A stretch of DNA of 64,000 nucleotides from Clostridia bacterium (GCA_030625885.1 DAOUPZ010000004.1:116623-180622), one strand, 5' to 3'; counted from the stretch's first letter, positions 41,807-51,495 are shown. Program-made: numbers and translations. The notes: generated from the sequence alone by a model not told the origin.

Positions 41807-44437
41807 TCATCCTCTCAATAACTTATGAGCTAATGCCATCTCTTCTTTTTTCGTTTTTACATGACCATCTAGCTTAGCTAATTTTATCTGCCATAAAACT
41901 TCTCGGAATTGCGGTCCCGGTTCAAAACCAGCACGAATTAAATCTCTTCCCGAAATCTCAGACTTAATAAACCGTAGATTGTTTATAAAAACCATCACTC
42001 GCGCTTTCAAACACGCGTTCCTACTTTTTACGATCAAAAAAGCCAACACTTCTAATGGTATATCATAAAACTCTTGATATAAATGGCTATTGGGTATCTT
42101 CTCTGTCTGACTCAGATAGACCCCTTTTTCCTGCCATATCTTAAAAGCCAATATCAATTTATCGCCAAGTTCTAGGGGAAGATGAAGGCGCTTCATATTT
42201 TCTCTTACTTCTTCATGCCCTATTTTATGGAGTAAAACCATAAGATAAAGCTGCCATACCCAAACCTTATCTTCCCCTAATTCTTCAATCAGCGTAGGTA
42301 ATAACTTTTCCAAATAATAAAGTGTTTCTAAAATTTCAAGATCTAGTTGTACAGAAGGAAAGAAAAATCCGAGAACATTCAGTTCTGACAAACGAATAAT
42401 GACTCGAGGTACATGGTTCTCTTTTAAAAGGCGTATCAATTCATCTCGAGCACGTTCCAATTTTAAATCACGGAGCACACCTGTATCTAAAGCACTTTTA
42501 ATATAATGAAGCGTTTGAGGCCCAATGGTAAACCCATATCGTTGTTCATACCTAACAGCACGGAAAATCCGCGTCGGATCCTCCACAAAACTTAAATTAT
42601 AAAGCACACGTATGATACCTTCTTTTAAATCTTTTATACCATTAAAAAAGTCCCACAATCGCCCAAAGTTGTCTTGACTCAATTCAATGGCCAGCGCATT
42701 AACTGTAAAATCACGTCGGTACAAGTCCTGTCTTAATTTGACTTCTCCTGCTTCTACCGTCGGCAAAGCTGCTGGATATTCATAGTATTCCTGACGGGCA
42801 CTGGCAATATCCAGCCGTAACCCACTTTGCAAAATGACCTTTGCTGTTTTAAAACGGTCGTAAACGCTCAAGGTTCCTTGAAAATGTTCAGCAACAAGGC
42901 GGGCAAATCGTTCTCCCTCTCCTTCAACCACAATATCGATATCCAGATTAGGTACACCCAGCAGCAAGTCACGTACAAATCCCCCGACAATATAGATTGA
43001 AAAACCATGTTGTGTCCCCAAATGACTCAAAGTAAGCAATAAGTCATATATTCCTTCAGGCAGCTCCGTTTGCATCTTTTCCTTCACATTTATATCTAGT
43101 TTATGAGTCCCCTCAGTAAAGGTTAATGATCGACGCTGTGAATAATTTGCACCATGCCACGTCTCCAAAACATTGGTCCGGGTCACGATACCTACAATTT
43201 TACCGTCTTCAATCACTGGCAGGCGCCCAATATCGCTATGCGTCATCAGACGCTGTATTTCTCCCAATGAAGTTGACGGTTTGATATAGACCACTTCTTT
43301 GGTCATAAAACCCTTTACAGGAGCATGTCCCAGGCCATGGTAAAGGGCTTTATCCATATCGCGCCGCGAAATAATGCCCACCAATTTACCATGATCCACA
43401 ACGGGTAATCCCGTATGTCCGTGACGCAATAATATCTTAAAAGCTTCTTCTATCGGGATATTCGATGGAACCGTCTTAACAGGGCATGACATGATTTGAC
43501 TGGCAACATATTCAGGTTTCACCTCTTTCTGAAGAACTTTACGAAGCTGAGCAACCACATCATCTAATCCTTGTTCACTATCTTTAAAACTGGCAGAGGC
43601 TGCTTTCTTGTGTCCCCCGCCGCCAAAACGTTCCATCACTTTCCCAACATCTACAGAATCAATTTTACTCCGTCCAATTAATTGGAAGCGTTCACCCATC
43701 TTCACAACAACCATCATCAAAGCCTCATTCTCAATTTCGCCTAAATGATAGGTCAAAAGGCTTAATCCCGGTACAAATTCCTCCGTCTCGGCTGTTGCCA
43801 GCAGAACATCCACTTCATTAATTGATATATTTTGTGCATCCTGTAATAGTTTGCTTAAAACTTGCTTTTGCATCATCGACAAGGGCCGATCCAGGAACTC
43901 GCCAACAATATCTAAGTTTGCACCTATTTCTAACAAGTAAGTCACCGCTGCTGCATCATGAACAGTTGTGGTGGGAAAAAGCAAATTACCCGTATCTTCA
44001 TAAATGCCGAGCATAAAAAGAGTGGCTTCTAAAGGCGTTATTCCCAAACCCTGCTTCCGGATCAAATTCACCAGCAACGTTGTGACTGCACCCACATTTT
44101 CTACAATAACAAAATCTCCGGAAATATCATCTGCCAAAACCGGATGGTGGTCATATACACATATCTGAATATCTTCTTTATCAAGAAGTGCCGCTATTTT
44201 ATCCAATCGATCTGGCGATTTAGTGTCTACTATTATAATCTTATGAACATCTTCTAGTAGAACCTGTGCTAATGGTTTAACATCAATCGTATCTTTATAA
44301 ATAGATAAAAAATCATGGACATTATGATTCACATGACCGCTAAAAACCAATTGTGCCTCAGGGTGGAGTTTCTGTGCTGCTACCATTGAAGCAAAACCAT
44401 CAAAATCTAGGTTAATATGGCTTGTAATAATCTCCAC
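41807..44437 (-). CDS. Multidomain DHH/DHHA1 + tandem CBS + poly(A) polymerase/CCA-adding nucleotidyltransferase protein
   Basis: N-terminal DHH phosphoesterase motif (INLDFDG), two CBS domains, and nucleotidyltransferase head IYIVGGFVRDLLLGVPNLDIDIVVEG. Confidence 0.75.
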   Translation of the reverse strand: MEIITSHINLDFDGFASMVAAQKLHPEAQLVFSGHVNHNVHDFLSIYKDTIDVKPLAQVLLEDVHKIIIVDTKSPDRLDKIAALLDKEDIQICVYDHHPVLADDISGDFVIVENVGAVTTLLVNLIRKQGLGITPLEATLFMLGIYEDTGNLLFPTTTVHDAAAVTYLLEIGANLDIVGEFLDRPLSMMQKQVLSKLLQDAQNISINEVDVLLATAETEEFVPGLSLLTYHLGEIENEALMMVVVKMGERFQLIGRSKIDSVDVGKVMERFGGGGHKKAASASFKDSEQGLDDVVAQLRKVLQKEVKPEYVASQIMSCPVKTVPSNIPIEEAFKILLRHGHTGLPVVDHGKLVGIISRRDMDKALYHGLGHAPVKGFMTKEVVYIKPSTSLGEIQRLMTHSDIGRLPVIEDGKIVGIVTRTNVLETWHGANYSQRRSLTFTEGTHKLDINVKEKMQTELPEGIYDLLLTLSHLGTQHGFSIYIVGGFVRDLLLGVPNLDIDIVVEGEGERFARLVAEHFQGTLSVYDRFKTAKVILQSGLRLDIASARQEYYEYPAALPTVEAGEVKLRQDLYRRDFTVNALAIELSQDNFGRLWDFFNGIKDLKEGIIRVLYNLSFVEDPTRIFRAVRYEQRYGFTIGPQTLHYIKSALDTGVLRDLKLERARDELIRLLKENHVPRVIIRLSELNVLGFFFPSVQLDLEILETLYYLEKLLPTLIEELGEDKVWVWQLYLMVLLHKIGHEEVRENMKRLHLPLELGDKLILAFKIWQEKGVYLSQTEKIPNSHLYQEFYDIPLEVLAFLIVKSRNACLKARVMVFINNLRFIKSEISGRDLIRAGFEPGPQFREVLWQIKLAKLDGHVKTKKEEMALAHKLLRG

Positions 44438-44550
44438 GGACGTCTCCCCCCAATAATAACTTACTTAACAAGATTAAAATGAACTGAGAATAGTAAAATT
44501 ATAACACAAAAAAATAATTGCTAAAAGAATTAGTCGTAATTTCAAAGGAT

Positions 44551-44590
44551 ATAACAAAAGCGCCTATTATCCTACTAATAGGCGCTTTTG
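44551..44590 (-). terminator. Perfect hairpin terminator overlapping 3' end of small ORF
   Basis: aaaagcgcctatta tcctac taataggcgctttt is a 14-bp perfect stem. Confidence 0.5.
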
Positions 44591-44722
44591 TTATATCCGT
44601 TTTTTGAACCCTCTGAAAAATACGCAATTTCTTCAGATGTTAAAATCTTAGTTGTTTCTTTCCCCGTATCCTTGTCATTACAAACACTTTGTTCGCTTTG
44701 CTTACTCTCATAACTCATAGAT
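44574..44722 (-). CDS. Small protein (47 aa) of unknown function, absent from the ORF track
   Basis: ATG with ideal AGGAGG RBS (6-nt spacer); TTGATA-16-TATAAT promoter-like sequence upstream; own terminator; translation MSYESKQSEQSVCNDKDTGKETTKILTSEEIAYFSEGSKNGYNKSAY. Confidence 0.35.
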
Positions 44723-45039
44723 ATAACGCCTCCTAAAGTTACTAATATCTCATAAAATTATATAATAAAACAACGAGATATCAACCTTATTATCGACAAA
44801 AATTTCTTGATTTTGTTATAATTATTATTGGTTTTCTACGGATATTGCAAAAAACCTCTTTATTTGTAGAAAACCAATAAAAAAAGACCCAAAGCACTAC
44901 ACCCTGGGCCTATCCTACTGCTTCTTTTATCTTTTCTTCTTTTATCTTTTCTTCTTTTACCGATCAGCTATTTAAATCTTCCATCATTTAAAACCCCAAC
45001 TTCATCATATAGAAGATCTCCATATCTTAATCCCTATCC

Positions 45040-45136
45040 TTAATCTTTTTCCTACCTGCTACCTGCTGTTCACTACCTGCTTCTTTTGTCTTTCATTCTT
45101 TTAAATGTAAACTGTCAATTGTCAACTGTCAACTGC
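45040..45136. repeat. Intergenic word-repeat element (cctacctgctacctgctgttcactacctgct; gtcaactgtcaattgtcaactgtcaactg)
   Basis: The 31-mer at 45051-45081 is identical to 9895-9924; a (gtcaact)n run follows; its reverse-complement word gacagttgacagt occurs at 63268-63290. Confidence 0.7.
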
Positions 45137-45892
45137 CTAAAACCCTTCCGCTTTTATTGCTGCTATAAATCGATTTGCGTTTGCCTTCTTTCTACAGGTT
45201 TCGCATTTTTTAATGTCAATATCATCTCCAAGCTTTTGGTATAGATAGGCTATTTCCTCTTCAGTCGCAAAATATTTTCCACACGCTTTGCATTGAACCA
45301 TTTTAAATGTTTTGCCCCAAATGGCCCGTGTTCCATTCTCCTCTAAATATTCAATCGCATTCGTCGGACAAACAGATGCGCAGGCACCACACCCAATACA
45401 AGGCTCAGACGGTTCGTCAAAAGGTGTACCCACTTTCTTTGCCGCCCCTCTAAAAACAGTATAAATCGCATTCGTCCCCATTGTCTCACAGGCCTTCACA
45501 CAAAGTCCGCATAACGTACATTTGTTTTCAGTATCCACTTTGCATCTATTAAACTCACGTACATCCTGTTGTTCCATCAGTTTCCTGATCATTTCACTAT
45601 TAGGCGCCATGGTATAATATAATTTTAGCAAGGTTTTTCTAATACGACGCAGTTTTTCATTATCCGTTACCACTTCTATTTCGCTTTGAATGGGATACGA
45701 ACAGGAAGCAACCCGTTTTGTAACGCCATTTTCAACAATTTCCACCATGCACAAGCGACAGGTTGCCAGACCGGGCAGCGCTTCAGAGTGACACAAAGTA
45801 GGAATATAAACATCATTTCGTTTGGCTGCTTCCAAAATGGTTTCACCATATTGTGCCTCTACCTTTTTCCCATCAATAATGATTTCCATCAT
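45137..45892 (-). CDS. NuoG/HndD-N-terminal-like iron-sulfur subunit ([2Fe-2S] + [4Fe-4S] clusters, C-terminal CxxC..CxxC), copy A
   Basis: 2Fe-2S ferredoxin motif CHSEALPGLATCRLCMVEI...C; His/Cys cluster CKVDTENKCTLCGLCVKAC; CIGCGACASVCP; no catalytic domain. Confidence 0.75.
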   Translation of the reverse strand: MMEIIIDGKKVEAQYGETILEAAKRNDVYIPTLCHSEALPGLATCRLCMVEIVENGVTKRVASCSYPIQSEIEVVTDNEKLRRIRKTLLKLYYTMAPNSEMIRKLMEQQDVREFNRCKVDTENKCTLCGLCVKACETMGTNAIYTVFRGAAKKVGTPFDEPSEPCIGCGACASVCPTNAIEYLEENGTRAIWGKTFKMVQCKACGKYFATEEEIAYLYQKLGDDIDIKKCETCRKKANANRFIAAIKAEGF

Positions 45893-45903
45893 GCTTCCCC
45901 CTT

Positions 45904-47742
45904 TTATTTCACTCTAACCGCATGAAACTGACAGTTATCCATACAAATACCGCATTTTGTACATTTTCCCTGATCTATAACGTGAAGTTGTTTTTTATCC
46001 CCTGAAATAGCGCCTACAGGACAACGCTTGGCACATACCGCACAACCCACACAAATCTTGGAATCAATATAGAACGCCGTCAAATCCTTACAAACCCCAG
46101 CCGGGCACCTCTTATTCTTAATATGTTCTTCAAATTCTACTCTAAAGTTTGCAATATTCGAAAGAACCGGATTGGGTGCTGATTTACCCAAAGCACAAAG
46201 GGAAGCTTCTTGAACCATTTGCCCAATTTCTACTAACAAATCAATATCGCCTTCTTGGCCTCTGCCTTCACAAATATCGGTCAAGATTTCCAACATCGTT
46301 TTAATCCCCTGCCGACAGGGCACACATTTCCCACAAGATTCTTCTGAGAGAAATTTCAAATAATACCGGGCAAATTCGACCATACAGGTCCGGTCATCAA
46401 CCACAATCATCCCACCCGAACCCATCATAGAACCTTCAGCAGTCAACGAATCAAAATCTACGGGTAAATCCAGCTTAGCTTCCGGAATACAGCCGCCGGA
46501 AGGACCGCCTGTCTGCACAGCCTTAAACTTTCGCCCCTTCGGAATTCCGCCGCCAATCTCAAAAATAATCTCCCGCAAAGTCGTCCCCATCGGTACTTCA
46601 ACTAAACCCGTATTATTGACCTTACCAACCAGCGCAAATACCTTGGTCCCGGGACTGTTTTCTGTCCCAATACTTCGAAAATAATCGGCACCCTTGTTAA
46701 TAATCACGGGTACATTTGTCCAAGTTTCGACATTGTTAATGACAGTAGGCTTCCCCCATAAACCCTTATCTGCAGGATAAGGCGGTTTAGGCACCGGTTC
46801 ACCAGTATTCCCCTCTATTGACCGTATCAGCGACATTTCCTCACCACAAACAAAGGCGCCGCCCCCTCTAACAATTTCAACATCAAACGAAAAGCCCGTA
46901 CCCAAAATATGTTCCCCTAAGAATCCCCTTTCACGCGCAGCAACAATCGCTCGCTTCATATTTTCCACGGCTAATCCATATTCATCACGAATATACAGGA
47001 ACCCATGATCGACCCCTATCGCATAACCACAGATGACCATTCCTTCCAATACCGCGTGTCCATCTCCCTCCAATACCGCTCGGTCCATAAACGCACCCGG
47101 GTCTCCTTCATCACCGTTGCAAATAACATATTTACATGTCCCTTCTGCTTGAGCCGCAAAAGACCATTTCAAACCGGTAGGAAATCCGCCGCCCCCTCTG
47201 CCGCGCAATCCTGATTTCTTGACTTCCTCAATAACTTCTGACCGCGTCATATCTTTTAATGCTTTTTCCAAAGCTTTGTAACCATCTCGCTCCAGATACT
47301 CGTCAATCTTACCCGGATCAATCAAACCTACATGACGCAAGGCAACTTTTTTCTGTTTACGATAGAATGTCCACTCATCGCGTTTAACCAGCTTCTTCTT
47401 TTGAATCTTATCCGTATATAATAACCGTTCTACCACTTCGCCCTTTAGAACAGTTTTTTCTATGATTTCCGATACATCTTCTACTTTCACTTTTATATAC
47501 GTGATATCATGAGGCAGAATGGTAACTAGCGGTCCATGCTCACAAAGGCCGTGGCAGCCTGTTGCTTTAATAGCAGGTGATGATTCTTTATCGCACTCAC
47601 ATTCAACCGTCATCGCCACTTCAACATTTAAGTAGCTTCCAGCTATATGCTTTTTAAAAGCTTCATAAACTTGCATGCTGTTATTTGCGATACAACCCGG
47701 ACCACAACAAACTAAAATCGTTAATCGTTTGCTACTTTGCAT
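45904..47742 (-). CDS. NuoF/HndC-like NAD(H)-binding flavoprotein subunit (N-terminal thioredoxin-like 2Fe-2S, FMN/NADH site, C-terminal 2x[4Fe-4S]), copy A
   Basis: GLRGRGGGGFPTGLKWSF NADH/FMN motif; N-terminal CCGPGC...C; C-terminal CVGCAVCAKRCP and CTKCGICMDNC ferredoxin motifs. Confidence 0.85.
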   Translation of the reverse strand: MQSSKRLTILVCCGPGCIANNSMQVYEAFKKHIAGSYLNVEVAMTVECECDKESSPAIKATGCHGLCEHGPLVTILPHDITYIKVKVEDVSEIIEKTVLKGEVVERLLYTDKIQKKKLVKRDEWTFYRKQKKVALRHVGLIDPGKIDEYLERDGYKALEKALKDMTRSEVIEEVKKSGLRGRGGGGFPTGLKWSFAAQAEGTCKYVICNGDEGDPGAFMDRAVLEGDGHAVLEGMVICGYAIGVDHGFLYIRDEYGLAVENMKRAIVAARERGFLGEHILGTGFSFDVEIVRGGGAFVCGEEMSLIRSIEGNTGEPVPKPPYPADKGLWGKPTVINNVETWTNVPVIINKGADYFRSIGTENSPGTKVFALVGKVNNTGLVEVPMGTTLREIIFEIGGGIPKGRKFKAVQTGGPSGGCIPEAKLDLPVDFDSLTAEGSMMGSGGMIVVDDRTCMVEFARYYLKFLSEESCGKCVPCRQGIKTMLEILTDICEGRGQEGDIDLLVEIGQMVQEASLCALGKSAPNPVLSNIANFRVEFEEHIKNKRCPAGVCKDLTAFYIDSKICVGCAVCAKRCPVGAISGDKKQLHVIDQGKCTKCGICMDNCQFHAVRVK

Positions 47743-48220
47743 CGACCATCCCTCCCTCTCTATATGATTCTAGAACCGCTCTTAATTTAGCAGGTGTCAA
47801 TTTCCCATAATACGATTCATTAATCATCATTACGGGGGCCAACGCACAGGAACCAATACAGTTAACAATTTCTAGAGAAAACTTTCCATCTGCAGTAGTC
47901 TGACCAGGATCAATCCCCAAAACGGCTTTAATCTCCGTAATTAAATTCATAGAACCTTTAATATGACAGGCTGTACCATCACAAACTTTAATAATATTTT
48001 CCCCCTTGGGTGTTAAACTAAAGGCTTTATAGAAAGTAACCACGCCATATACTTTAGTTAAAGGAACATCAAGATACTCACTTACCACTTCCAAGGATTG
48101 TTTGGGCAAATACTTGTATTTCCTTTGGATATCCTGCAATACGGCTAACAAAAAACGGGGTTCAGGCTTGTAAGTAGAAGCAACAACTAATGTTTCCTGT
48201 TTAATTTGTGATAAATCCAT
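47732..48220 (-). CDS. NuoE/HndA-like [2Fe-2S] thioredoxin-fold subunit, copy A
   Basis: CDGTACHIKGS...CIGSCALAP 2Fe-2S motif of the 24-kDa subunit family; start at MDLSQIK with GAGGGAGG RBS. Confidence 0.8.
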   Translation of the reverse strand: MDLSQIKQETLVVASTYKPEPRFLLAVLQDIQRKYKYLPKQSLEVVSEYLDVPLTKVYGVVTFYKAFSLTPKGENIIKVCDGTACHIKGSMNLITEIKAVLGIDPGQTTADGKFSLEIVNCIGSCALAPVMMINESYYGKLTPAKLRAVLESYREGGMVDAK

Positions 48221-48244
48221 CCTCTCAACCTCCCTCATTCATTT

Positions 48245-48400
48245 GGGTAAGTGGTAAGTAGGAAAAAGGTAAGTAAAAAATATAAAAAGCTAATAATTTT
48301 CAAAATAATAAAACTGTATAAGCTAACACTTTGTATATTATAAAAAATGTAAAAATAGACCGGCTTATTACATACCACTTACCACTTACCACTTACCTTA
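48245..48400. repeat. Intergenic word-repeat element (ggtaagtggtaagtaggaaaaaggtaagtaaaaa ... ccacttaccacttaccacttacc)
   Basis: Opposite-orientation copies of the (cttacca)n word flank an AT-rich segment between the AOR and NuoE-like genes of copy A; the same word occurs at 54985-55000 in copy B. Confidence 0.65.
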
Positions 48401-48423
48401 TTTTATGCTTTCTATAAATTAAG

Positions 48424-48455
48424 AAAAAGGAGAAGGAGCTCAGCTCCTTCTCCTT
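48424..48455 (-). terminator. Rho-independent terminator-like hairpin between AOR and NuoE-like genes, copy A
   Basis: ggagaaggagctgagctccttctcc perfect palindrome followed on the minus strand by ttttcttaatttat, 45 nt after the AOR stop. Confidence 0.55.
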
Positions 48456-48498
48456 TTCCCACTTTACTTATAAGCAGCTAATTTATCTTAACTTTTCA

Positions 48499-50361
48499 TT
48501 AATTATTCTTAGCTGAAGCCGCTTCTACAGCCCCTAGCATTTGTGCAAAAGCATCCTCTAAACCAAGCTCGACCATCTTATCTTTAGTGGGAACACCCGC
48601 TTGATCCCAACCTCGAAGTTGATAATATTCAGGAAGCATTTCATGTAAGCGGTTAACGCTGCCTTTATAGGAACCATTTTTTTGCGGCTCTTGCAAAAGT
48701 CTCTGTGGCAATGTATCGTCTTTACTTGTAAAGCCACACGCCATGTTAAATAACCGTTCTAAATTCCAAATTCTTTCCCCCGCTTTGAGTAATTCATCTG
48801 GACTATATTCAATACCCGTTGCTGCCGATACAACATTAGCAATAATATCAGCGCCAATTGCAAACGTTGTAAATAAACAGAAACCCGAAGCATCTACTGC
48901 GCCAGTCAAATCCTGGAATGCTTTACAGACACCTGCTTTTCCTTCTGTTACTGCCGGATCTAACTTCACGGGAATACCCAAAATTTCCGGAGCTGTCATA
49001 TACCCGCGCACATGGCAGCCACCACGATTATTGGTAGCATAATTTAAACCCATTCCCTGAAGTGTTCTGGGTTCATAAGCGGGCAATTCCTGTTTCTTAA
49101 CACTCATGGATAATTCCGGATGACCGTATTTCTCCGCTAAGCGATAAGAACCTTCCGCCAGTATATCACCAATATCTTCCCGGTAAGCCGTCTTAGTTAC
49201 CAAATCAGCTAAGATGCTCGCATTGCCAAACCTTAAATCACATCCGGCATCTTCGTTCGGCAGATAGCCGTTTTCATAAAGCTCCATGGCACAGGCTATC
49301 GTACAAGGCATGGAAATCGCATCCAATCCCAACTCATTGCAACGGAAGTTGGCTTGGCAAATCGCATCAATATCCTTGACACCACAGTCCGCACCAAAAC
49401 CCCAGCCTGCTTCATATTCGGGACCTTCTCCAAATCCTGCATATGGCTTGAATGTTCTGGTTACCCGACCACAACGCATCACACAGGAAAAGCAGCCTTT
49501 ATTACGCACCAAATTCTTATGTTCAATCATAAATTCACCACTGGTTTTATCTGCCCATTCTACCGTACCGGAATCACGGAAGTTACGTACCGGCAACCCA
49601 CCAGACTGATCTAAAATATTAATTAAAATTTGCGTACCATAAGTTGCTAAACCTGTACCCGTAACAGGATGTTCTAACAAAGCTTTTCGTGCTTCTTGGA
49701 TCGCTGCCATAAATTTTTCCCCATCAGGAACATGAACGGGATTCGTACCACGTACAACAATTCCCTTTAAATTTTTAGAACCCATAACCGCACCAACCCC
49801 AGTACGACCCGCTGCCCGATTCATTTCATTCATAATACAAGCTATTTTAGAAAGATTTTCCCCCCCAGGGCCAATACAAGCTACTTTAGCCATCTCATCC
49901 GTTTCTTCTTTTAACAGATCTGTTGTATCAGGTACTTCTTTGCCCCAGATATGATCTGCCGGACGAATTTCTACCTTGTCATTATTAATCCAGATATACA
50001 CTGGTTTTTCTGCTTTTCCTTCAATAACAACCACATCATAACCCGCATATTTCATTTCACTGCCAAAATACCCGCCGGAATTGGAACAAGCAATGGTCCC
50101 CGTAAGTGGTCCCCGCGTAATCACCATATATCGCCCGGCAGAAGGTGCCATGGTGCCTGTAAGCGGTCCTGTCACTAAATACATATTATTATCAGGACTT
50201 AAAGGATCGACGTTAGGACCTACTTCTTCGCAATACATTTTCGTCCCAAGTCCACGACCCCCAATAAAATCTTTCGCATATTTGGTATTTAATGGTTCCA
50301 TACTCGCTGTACCATTTGTCAAATTAACCCTTAAAATCTTATTTTGGTAGCTGCTCATCAT
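48499..50361 (-). CDS. Tungsten-type aldehyde:ferredoxin oxidoreductase (AOR family catalytic subunit), copy A
   Basis: 620 aa; AOR N-terminal domain (KILRVNLTNG...YIGGRGLG), pterin/[4Fe-4S]-binding region, C-terminal AOR domains; ~95% identical to copy B. Confidence 0.9.
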   Translation of the reverse strand: MMSSYQNKILRVNLTNGTASMEPLNTKYAKDFIGGRGLGTKMYCEEVGPNVDPLSPDNNMYLVTGPLTGTMAPSAGRYMVITRGPLTGTIACSNSGGYFGSEMKYAGYDVVVIEGKAEKPVYIWINNDKVEIRPADHIWGKEVPDTTDLLKEETDEMAKVACIGPGGENLSKIACIMNEMNRAAGRTGVGAVMGSKNLKGIVVRGTNPVHVPDGEKFMAAIQEARKALLEHPVTGTGLATYGTQILINILDQSGGLPVRNFRDSGTVEWADKTSGEFMIEHKNLVRNKGCFSCVMRCGRVTRTFKPYAGFGEGPEYEAGWGFGADCGVKDIDAICQANFRCNELGLDAISMPCTIACAMELYENGYLPNEDAGCDLRFGNASILADLVTKTAYREDIGDILAEGSYRLAEKYGHPELSMSVKKQELPAYEPRTLQGMGLNYATNNRGGCHVRGYMTAPEILGIPVKLDPAVTEGKAGVCKAFQDLTGAVDASGFCLFTTFAIGADIIANVVSAATGIEYSPDELLKAGERIWNLERLFNMACGFTSKDDTLPQRLLQEPQKNGSYKGSVNRLHEMLPEYYQLRGWDQAGVPTKDKMVELGLEDAFAQMLGAVEAASAKNN

Positions 50362-50364
50362 TGC

Positions 50365-50844
50365 TTATTCCACCTCCTCAAATATTTTTTTGAATTTTTC
50401 GGCATACATCGCTTTCTTAGTCAGCATACCTTTGTCCGCTTCCTTATATTCAATTGCCTCATTGGGGCAGAATTTAACACATTCCGGATCGCCGCCGCAC
50501 AAATCACATTTAATAACGCTTTTTGTTTCACTATCGTAGCTCGCATTACCAAATGGACAGGCACTGATACATAATTTACAACCAATACATTTATCTTTAT
50601 CCCATAAAACACCATTTGCTTCTTCATCACGATGCAGCGCACCTGTCATACAAACTTCGACGCAAGGGGCATCATCACAATGCATACACATCAACGGAAC
50701 ACCTAATCCTAAACGCTCCCAGACTAAAGCATGTACTCTCGACTTATTGGGATTAAATACGCCTTCATGTGCAAAGGAACAAGCGAGCTCACAATTACGA
50801 CAGCTTGCACACTTGCTTGGCTGAACCATTAAAATTTTCGCCAT
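50365..50844 (-). CDS. Polyferredoxin-like 4x[4Fe-4S] electron-transfer subunit (AorA-like), copy A
   Basis: Four CxxCxxCxxxCP-type motifs in 160 aa; stop overlaps the AOR start (translational coupling). Confidence 0.8.
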   Translation of the reverse strand: MAKILMVQPSKCASCRNCELACSFAHEGVFNPNKSRVHALVWERLGLGVPLMCMHCDDAPCVEVCMTGALHRDEEANGVLWDKDKCIGCKLCISACPFGNASYDSETKSVIKCDLCGGDPECVKFCPNEAIEYKEADKGMLTKKAMYAEKFKKIFEEVE

Positions 50845-50853
50845 CACTTCCCC

Positions 50854-51062
50854 GCTTCAATTTGATATTGAAGCAGGTTCCACCTCCTCGTATTATTATT
50901 TATCACCCTACAATGAAGCGCCTTCCTTTTCACCTCCTCAATTATTATTTATTTCAATGCTCCTTTGCACACTGGCAGGTATAAGAATTACTCCTTATGC
51001 CCTATCGCCCTGAATTCCCCCGTTCTTCTTGTGGAACTTCCAGGGTCGGAGATATGATTGCT
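50854..51062 (-). promoter_or_regulatory. Conserved 5' leader of ferredoxin-AOR unit, copy A (hairpin abutting RBS, two GAGGAGGTG motifs, ~100-nt conserved block)
   Basis: gcttcaat ttga tattgaagc hairpin at 50854-50874; the block at 50955-51060 is ~80% identical to 57578-57670 upstream of copy B. Confidence 0.45.
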
Positions 51063-51465
51063 TATACTTATATCATTTCAGACAATCATATATCATAAAT
51101 ATATGAAACTATTTCCTTTATATATACCTCTATTAAGGTGTTTTTAGAATACAATGATTCCCTTAGTTTTTATACGCTATATGATGGCATTAAAGTTTTA
51201 CATTTAGAATTGCCCCATCTTTCCTTCGCTTTTCCTGCAAACCTGCAATGTAAATTCTTGATTGCATGATATGTAGTCGTTTGATAATATCAAATGTTAT
51301 TTATTTATATTTAGTTCAGTTTCATTATATTCCTATCCATTTTATTGTACAAATTCCTCGTATTGTAATTTATATCTATAATATGGATTATAACGCATTT
51401 ATTTAATATTAACTGTTTACACCCTTTACTTTCGCGCTTTATCAATATCTTCCATAAGGAAAATA

Positions 51466-51495
51466 AAAAAAGACCCAAAGCCCTAGGCTTTGAGT
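51466..51495 (-). terminator. Rho-independent terminator after MoaD-like gene
   Basis: Minus strand agactcaaagcctagggctttgggtcttttttt: GC-rich stem plus U-run immediately 3' of the stop. Confidence 0.5.

Noticed and set aside
48245-48400. Possible CRISPR array suggested by repeated short words
   Set aside because: The repeat units are only 6-8 nt in immediate tandem, not ~30-nt repeats separated by unique spacers of similar length; no cas genes in the window.
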